Positions 25,643 through 36,337 of a stretch of DNA of 64,000 bases are shown here, piece by piece. The translations under genes were made by a program, and so were the position numbers. The notes below the pieces were generated by a model. The model saw only the letters and a list, made by a program, of their open reading frames with translations. It was not told the DNA's origin and did not search any database. This DNA is from Lingula anatina (lineage: Eukaryota; Animalia; Brachiopoda), in contig CM120640.1 of NCBI GenBank assembly GCA_051362555.1, positions 32,259,967 to 32,323,966 on the forward strand, read 5' to 3'. How positions within the stretch are numbered: the first letter of the stretch is position 1; every line of letters starts with the position of its first letter.

Positions 25643-26339
25643 GATTGCAGCTGTGACTTTGTTTACCTATAAATATTTTGTTTTAGTGGCTGTCTGTATA
25701 AATATATACATGAATTGAATTTGCAAATTTCAAAAAGATTTTCAAACTACCTCTGAATAACTACTACCTCTTAATTAACTAATATCATTAAAAGTACACT
25801 ATCCATATTTGAAGAGATATGTCATATTTTATATGTCCACATACCCTGCAAAGATATTTACATTTTCTTATTTAGCCCTTAAAAATGTTTTTTGGAAACC
25901 CTCAATTAAAATTGTTTAGGAAGACGACACAATCTAAATGACTGGCCAGTCATTTCAAACAAAATTATTTAATTTGAAATGGTACAAATCATCAACTCCA
26001 ACTGCAGGAACAGGTTGAGCAATGATTGCTGAGTGTTAGAAAATTGCTTCTATTTTGAGGAAATTCCTTTTGGTGGGAGAATCCCAGATAGGATAATTTT
26101 TATTTATTCATTTTCTTTTAAATCAAACAACCTTTTTACTTCATATATAAACTTGTGAAAGTAGCATGCTACTGCACTGTATTTCCTTGCATTTAAATTA
26201 ACATGCCTGCTTCAAGAATAATATAAGTCTGTTACTTACTATAATAAACACAAGCCCACATACTCTAGGTATATAATTCTGCACTGTGCACAAATCAATA
26301 ATTCAGTTCCTTTCAAGTAAACGAATAAGCATGATAACA

Positions 26340-27020
26340 TTTTAGCTATTTGCATGCGAGTTTCTCGGTCAAGAAAAATTTACAGTACTTTGCGCAGACA
26401 TAGTGTGGTGAAGTAAATTATCAAAGCAAATAAAAAGCGAGTAAAATCAATACATGTAGAGGTAGTCTGATCCAGTCCGTGACAAAGTGAAATAAAAATT
26501 ATTTTAACTTCCAACTAAGTGAACTGCGCGTACGAGAAGATAGCCTTCACATTGCCTCCGGTACTCATATTTAACAATGTGTTAATTTAACATAAATAAA
26601 TGTGAATATGTATGCTTACCTTTTTATGCCCATCATTAAGCACTCATATGATTAAAAGTTCAAGTCCGTACGTCCTTGCGAAAATGCCAACTTTCCGGAA
26701 GTACTTCCTTTTTATTTTTAACTTTACGGACTGTTGTAAGTGCTGCTCGACCATTGGATAATATTTTCCAAGCGCGAGCCATTACTGGGGTCAAGGACAT
26801 TGGTCACCATGGTAGTTGTGCAGCTATCAAGAATGTAGCAGCATGCGTATTTTAGAAATAAATGGATAAATCCAGTTTTTAAAGAGACGACACAGAGTGA
26901 GTAGCGACATATTGATAAGTTATTTTTAATATCTCGGCAAAGATATGGTTAAAACATTGAAAATTAAAGTAATACACGAAATATTTTGTAAACATTAGTT
27001 TGAAATAACGCGCACTGGCA
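26340..27020. promoter_or_regulatory. Bidirectional CpG-rich promoter shared by ARMH3 (-) and LRP2BP (+)
   Basis: Head-to-head genes with local CpG enrichment; TTCCGGAAGTACTTCC (26693-26708) gives ETS/GABP cores on both strands; divergent candidate donors at 26619 (-) and 26897 (+, GTGAGT). Confidence 0.7.
26620..26690 (-). other. ARMH3: Putative non-coding first exon (5' UTR) of ARMH3
   Basis: Strong donor AAG|GTAAGC at 26620/26619 in a CpG-rich stretch just downstream of an ETS motif; candidate acceptor at 25667 upstream of the ATG. The 5' end is approximate. Confidence 0.6.
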
Positions 27021-27350
27021 CATGTATCACTATCACTGACTATCAGTATCACTTGATCATGCTTTGACATTATGCAGAATCTTTTGGTATATTAACTTAG
27101 TGTCGTTATATAAAATATAATATAATATACAAGCAGGGCTGAAAATACCGATAGCTAGTCCATCTTTTTTCTCAGTAGACCAACTTAAGTCTTTGGGAGG
27201 GAGACAGAACCCTGTCAACAAGACATATTTGTTAGCCAGTAATAGATTTAAATAGAGTTTACTTCAAATACAATTGGATGACAAGCATATGTAGTATCAT
27301 AGAATAAGTATTATTTTTAATTGCTTTTTTTTATTGTTTTTAAAGCAGCT

Positions 27351-30095
<2,745 letters not shown>

Positions 30096-31495
30096 CACCC
30101 TCCTTTAAAACATACAGGAAAAAGCCAGCATGTTGCCAAAAGATAATATGTAATACCTGACTTCAGAAATTCATTTCTGGTCAAGAATCACACTGACCAA
30201 GTCAGGTTTTACCTTCCACCTGAATGAAACTCACAAGTGAACTGAATTTTTATACATCTGTTCAAGGGCATAAAGCTTTAAATGTGTCCCCTATAAGTAT
30301 TTTATGTCACGTTATGTGTCTCCTTTTGATATTTAAGCGAGGTTTTGTTGTGAACTTTATTATTTTGCCTTTGCATTCATGCAGAAATCAAAAATTTGTT
30401 TACTATGTTTGACCAGATAAAAGAGATTCTCTTGGTTATATAATTATAGAATGATGTAAATAATGTACAAATGTTGAAACTACAGAACATGCATTCCATA
30501 TGTGCCATCCAGATTTAATACGTACGTGACATGCTGCTGTGTTTTTAACATGCACAAAAAAGAAGGGTGTTATTTTTCAATTTTTAACATTAGTACCTTC
30601 AAGAGTGATGATTGTCCCTAACTCTGCCAATACACGAGAAAACACAGAGAGCAATATTGATGTGATTGGACTTGAATTCATCTTGTTGTTGACTGTTTGA
30701 TTTATAATATTGCATTGTATCATAGTTTTGATACACAACTTCCATGACGTGACATTGTTTTGAAGTGTCTATGAGTGAAAGGTTGCCTGAAGTGATATTA
30801 TTGTGCTCTCTGTCATACAAATTATACACCCAGTAAGTAAGGGTTTGCATTTAAAGTGCACTGTAGAAAATATGGACAATTCTATTTTCAGGATGAAGAT
30901 ATTTTCCATTATTTAACAGGTTTAAGCATGGATTGAAAGTTGTTTGCTTTTCAAATTTGTTTAATTCTGCAAGTTGTTGAATTCATTTCCTTGCAAACAC
31001 CATATTTGTACTAATAGTTGAGATATGCAGTAGTTTGATGGAACCATGGTATTGATTTGCTCAGGAATTTTTGTTAAACCCACCATTTTATACATTCAGC
31101 ATTAAAGATTTTATACATAAGAATCTTCTGTATGAAAAATGTAGATGCCCAATATCTTTTTTAAACAGCTTTTTCTACTATACTTCACAGTATAGTTTGT
31201 GTATTTTGCGTAAAGATTGATTAAACAGAGCTAAAAACACTTCACAGTAACTTTCATATCACTTGTTACATGAAAAGAAATGATAAATAAAATTAGCAAA
31301 ATTAACATAGCACTTAAGAATTTTATCTGTTACAATGAGCGTTTTTTTTTTCTTTTTCTTTTTTAATACTACAAACTTATGCACTGAGTCATTGGCACTT
31401 ACTGTATAGATACCAAGAATTATTCTGTTGATGTATTTGGATGAATAATGATAACCTTTTCTTGCTTAAGTACTAAACCACAGATCATAAAAAAA

Positions 31496-34400
31496 CAAGG
31501 CAGCAAAGCTGTCAAATGTACAGACAAAAAGCAGGAAATAACTATGCACAAAATAGGCTACTGTCAATTCTGATGCAAAAGTACATTATGTTAAACTGCA
31601 AATTCAACATCAAATTTTAATTATGCTCAACAGGTAATACCAATGTAAGTAAAACGTGTAAAAAGCATAAGGCTTCAGGCCCATGGGAGTTTAAGATCAC
31701 ACTTTGAAAATGTATAACTTCCAGAAAAAGAAGCCAATTAGACTACTTTTCCAACCCAGGCTGCATTTTAGTCCTGCATTTCTTTTTTGAACATTTGGCA
31801 ATAATAAGTAACATGGTTTTCCCATAATGGTCATCATGGCAGCAGCACCCATAATTGTTTTCTTCTATTCTGATGCAATATTACATATTGGTTAACAGCA
31901 TAATGACCGTCAAATTTTAATAATAAAATATACGTATCATGGATTTTCAGAAAATGTGACTAGCATGGGTCTTCAAGCACGTAGAACTTCAAAGTCACAC
32001 CTTGAAAATGCCAATATGTGAAATATGCTGAAAAGTGAAAAAAAAGCATAACTTCTACAATAATGGCCCGATCATGCTGATTTTCGAACTTGACCTGCAT
32101 TTTAACAATATTCATCAGCTCTGTAAATATAAAGCCCAAAAGTAAAACTGCCTTCCACTTATCGTGTTTACAATGAAAGTGCAAGGCGCCGGTGACGGCG
32201 GTGACGGCGAAGACAGATGCAGGTGAAGGCAATATGTACAGACACATTTTTGACACATCTGTACATATTTACTGTACTGTTTGAGAACAGTAAGTGACAT
32301 GGTTTTTCTTAAATGGTCACATGGGAGCAGTACCCAAAGTAGGTTTTTTCAAATTTTGATGCAATATTACATAATGTTTAACAGCATAATGACCATCAAT
32401 TTTTAATAATAAAATATTAGTATCATGGATATTCAGAAAATGTGACTAGCAAAGGTCTTCAGGCCCATTGAACTTCAAAGTCACAACTTGAAAATGCCAA
32501 AATGTAAACAAGACAGCACTGTTCTGAAATGTTTTTTTTTTTTCCATTTTTAACAATTTTTAACATAAAACAAAATTAACAGCTTACTGCCATTTTTATA
32601 TGACCAACTAAGAAAATTGATGAGATGGGAAAAAATATCAATAGAGCAGTGTTACATGTCCAATTTCTTCTATTCTGAGATTCTGAACATAGTGAATGAT
32701 TGAATCTGACAAACTGCAATGATATGAGTTTATTTCCACTTTTGAAACTATATCACACAATACACGATAACAAATTAACCATCATTTTCACATAATCAAC
32801 TAACAATGTTATAAAGATGCAGGAAATGTCAAACAAACACTTTTAATATCTTATTAATTAAATAATGAAACTGTTAACATGCCTAAGAATTGAATCTGAG
32901 GAAATGTGTAAAAACAACATAACTTCTAAAATAATGGCCTGATTATGCTGATTTTTTAACTCAACCTGCGTTTTAGCAGGATTGACCACTCCTGTGAGTT
33001 TAATGACAATTGGCCTATCTGTTTTTCGTATTTTGTGTTTACAGTGTTGCATATATGCTGAAAAGTGAAAAAAAAGCATAACTACTAAAATAGTGGCCTA
33101 ATCATGCCGATTTTCAAACTTGACCTGCGTTTTAGAAAGATAGATTACTCCTGTGAGTTTCATGACAACAGGCCTATCGCTTTTCCTTGGAATGTGTTTA
33201 CAGTGTTGCATATATGCTGAAAAGTGAAAAAAAGAGCATAACTTCTACAATAATGGCCCGATCATGCTGATTTTCGAACTTGACCTGCGTTTTATGAATA
33301 TTCATCAGCTCTGTAAATATAAAGCCAAAAAGTAAAACTGCCTTCGACTTATCGTGTTTACAATGAAAGTGCACGGCGCTGGCCCCGGCGATGACGGCGA
33401 CGACAGACGCAGGTGATGGCAATATGTACAGACACATCTATATATATATATTCACTGTACTGTTTGAGAACAGTAAGTGACATGGTTTTTCTTAAATGGT
33501 CATCATGGGAGCAGTGCCCAAAATAGGTTTTTTTCAAATTTTTATGCAATATTACATAATGTTTAACAGCATAATGACCATCAATTTTTAATAATAAAAT
33601 ATTAGTATCATGGATATTCAGAAAATGTGACTAGCAAAGGTCTGCAGGCTCATGGAACTTCAAAGTCACATCTTGAAAATGCCAAAATGTAAACAAGACA
33701 GCACTGTTCTTAAATGGGTTTATTTCCATTTTTAACATTTTTTAAACATAAAACAAAATAAACAGTTTGTTGCCATTTTTATATGACCAACTAAGAAAAT
33801 TGATGAGATGGGAAAAATATCAATAGAATAGTGTTTAATGTCCAATTTCCTCCATTCTGAGATTCTGAACATAGTGGATGATTGAATCTGACAAACTGCA
33901 ATGATATTAGTTTATTCCCATTTTTGACACTTTATTACACAATACACGATAATAAGTTTACCATCATTTTTACATAATCAATTAACAATATTGTAAAGAT
34001 GCAGGAAATATCAAACAAACACTTTTACATATCTTATTAGTTAAATAATGAGACTGTTAACATGCCTAAGAATTGAATCTGAGGAAATGTGAAAAACAGC
34101 ATAACTTCTTAAATAAAGGCCCGATTATGCTGATTTTCAAACTCAACCTGCGTTTTAGTTAGTTTGACTACACCTGTGAGTATAATGACAATTGGCCAAT
34201 CTGTTTTTCTTATATTGTGTTATTAGTTGTATATATGCTGAAAAAAGTGGAAAAACAGCGTAACTTCCCTAAAAATGACCCAATCATGCTGATTTTCGAA
34301 CTTGACCTGCGTATTATGAATATTCATCAGTTTTGTAAGTTTCAAGGGAAAAGGTAAAATGGTTTTCCACTTATCGTGTTATCGGTGCTGCATATATGCT

Positions 34401-35511
34401 GAAACAAGACAGCACTGTTCTGCAATGGGTTTACTTCCATTTTTAAAACACTTTTTAACATAAAACAAAATAAACAGTTTTCTACCAATTGTATATGATC
34501 AACTAAGAAAATTGATGAGATGGGAAAAATATCAATAGAACAGTGTTAAATGTCCAATTTCCTCCATTCTGAGATAATGAATATAGTAGATGATTGAATC
34601 TGACAAACTGCAATGATATTTGTTTATTTCCATTTTTGACACTTTATAACATAATACACAATAACAAGTTTACCATCATTTTTACATAATCAACTAACAA
34701 TGTTATAAAGATGCAGGAAATGTCAAACAAACACTTTTACGTATCTTATTAGTTCAATAATGAGACTGTTAATATGCCTAACAATTGAATCTGAAGAAAT
34801 GTGAAAAACAGCATAACTTCTAAAAGAATGGCCCGATTATGCTGATTTTGGAACTCAACCTGCGTTTTTTAGTTAGTTTGACTACTCCTGTGAGTATAAT
34901 GACAATTGGCCTATCTGTTTTTCTTATATTGTGTTATTAGCGTTGCATATATGTTGAAAGAAGTGAAAAAACAGCATAACATCCCTAAAAATGGCCCGAT
35001 CATGCTGATTTTCAAACTTGACCTGCGTATTATGAATATTCATCAGTTCTGTAAGTTTCAAGCCAAAAGGTAAAATGGTTTTCCACTTATCGTGTTATCG
35101 GTGCTGCATATATGCTGAAAAAAGTGAAAAAACAGCATAAATTCCCTATAAGTGACCCGATCATGCTGATTTTCGAAGTTGACCTGCGTATTATGAATAT
35201 TCATCAGTTCTGTAAGTTTCAAGCCAAAAGGTAAAATGATTTTCCACTTATCGTGTTATCGGTGCTGCATATATGCTGAAAAAAGTGAAAAAACAGCATA
35301 AATTCCCTATAAGTGACCCGATCATGCTGATTTTCGAACTTGACCTGCGTATTATGAATATTCATCAGTTCTGTAAGTTTCAAGCCAAAAGAAAAAACAG
35401 TTTTCCACTTATCGTGTTATCGGTAAAAGTGCACGGCGACGACGGCGATGGCGACGGCGACGACAGACGCAGATGATGGCTATATGTACAGACACATCTG
35501 TGTCTGTACAT
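31496..35511 (-). mobile_element. Composite non-autonomous Helentron-derived element (HINE/DINE-1-like) with an internal ~160-bp tandem repeat array
   Basis: Minus-strand 5' end is TTTTT-ATGTACAGACAC-AGAT-GTGTCTGTACAT (subTIR plus inverted repeat), followed by a GTC/GCC microsatellite. The 3' end is TGTCTGTACAT (subTIR) + hairpin GACAGC-TTT-GCTGCC + TTG-TTTTT. T-runs at both ends; 161-bp period at 35107/35268. Confidence 0.78.
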
Positions 35512-36190
35512 AAAAATAATAATAATAAAATATACCATTTCACAGAATTTATTCACATTATAAAGCTTTGTTCATGCAAGTTTGAAGAACTGTTATACAA
35601 AACGTATATGATACAATATTCTACAAATTATTTATCAATGAAACTACTTTAAAAATGATTTTATAATCAAAATTGAACATAAACCAGGATTAGAAGTTTT
35701 ACTTGAGAGAACAGAATTTTATTCAACCAATGTACTATAAAACCATTCGTGCAAAGATAACAGGCACAGTTTAAATGTTTGTTGAAAGGTGTACTTTATC
35801 CATGAATGCAGTTTATTAAAAGGGCCAAGCAGAATGTTTGCTTAGTCATTTATTAAATTATTACGGTGTTCTTCAGTCATTTTTAAATAACTGATACCTG
35901 ACAGCTTATTATTCTTGGTTTACATCCCTGTTTCTACTGGAAATTATACAGACATCAATTATCCAAAATAAAAAGTTTACACCACTGTATAATAGTGGCA
36001 ACAATGACAGTTTTGCTGTTGCTGTCTTTGAAAAGTCATGGAAGAACATCCATCCTTTTTAATATGTAGTAGAGGTAATGATTCAAGTGAACAGACTGAG
36101 TGCAGCAAGATGTACAAAGAAACTTCAAATACATATCCATACTGTTGAGAGTGGATTTTTACCTTAGCCAACAAACTCAGTTTTACTACT

Positions 36191-36337
36191 CTATTTAGAA
36201 GCAAAAGCTTTAAGCCCTTCCAGGAATGAAATGTACTGCTTGTGTTCATATGCTGTGGCAAAACTCTGAAGATCTTGTGCAAACTGCTCCCCAATGTCTC
36301 TTTCATCTAGCATATTCATCAGTAATTGGTACACATC
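36191..36337 (-). CDS. C1QBP: C1QBP exon 6 (terminal)
   Basis: CAG|DVYQLLMNMLDERDIGEQFAQDLQSFATAYEHKQYISFLEGLKAFASK*. Confidence 0.94.
   Translation of the reverse strand, partial: DVYQLLMNMLDERDIGEQFAQDLQSFATAYEHKQYISFLEGLKAFASK

Noticed and set aside
30224-30412. ORF starting MKLTSE, identical to the recalled human LRP2BP N-terminus
   Set aside because: It lies in the 3' UTR after the stop codon and similarity ends after six residues; treated as coincidence
31960-35476. Several 60-98 aa ORFs with repeated motifs (ENQHDRAII, LIFELDLR)
   Set aside because: Translations of tandem repeat monomers; no Rep/helicase or transposase motifs
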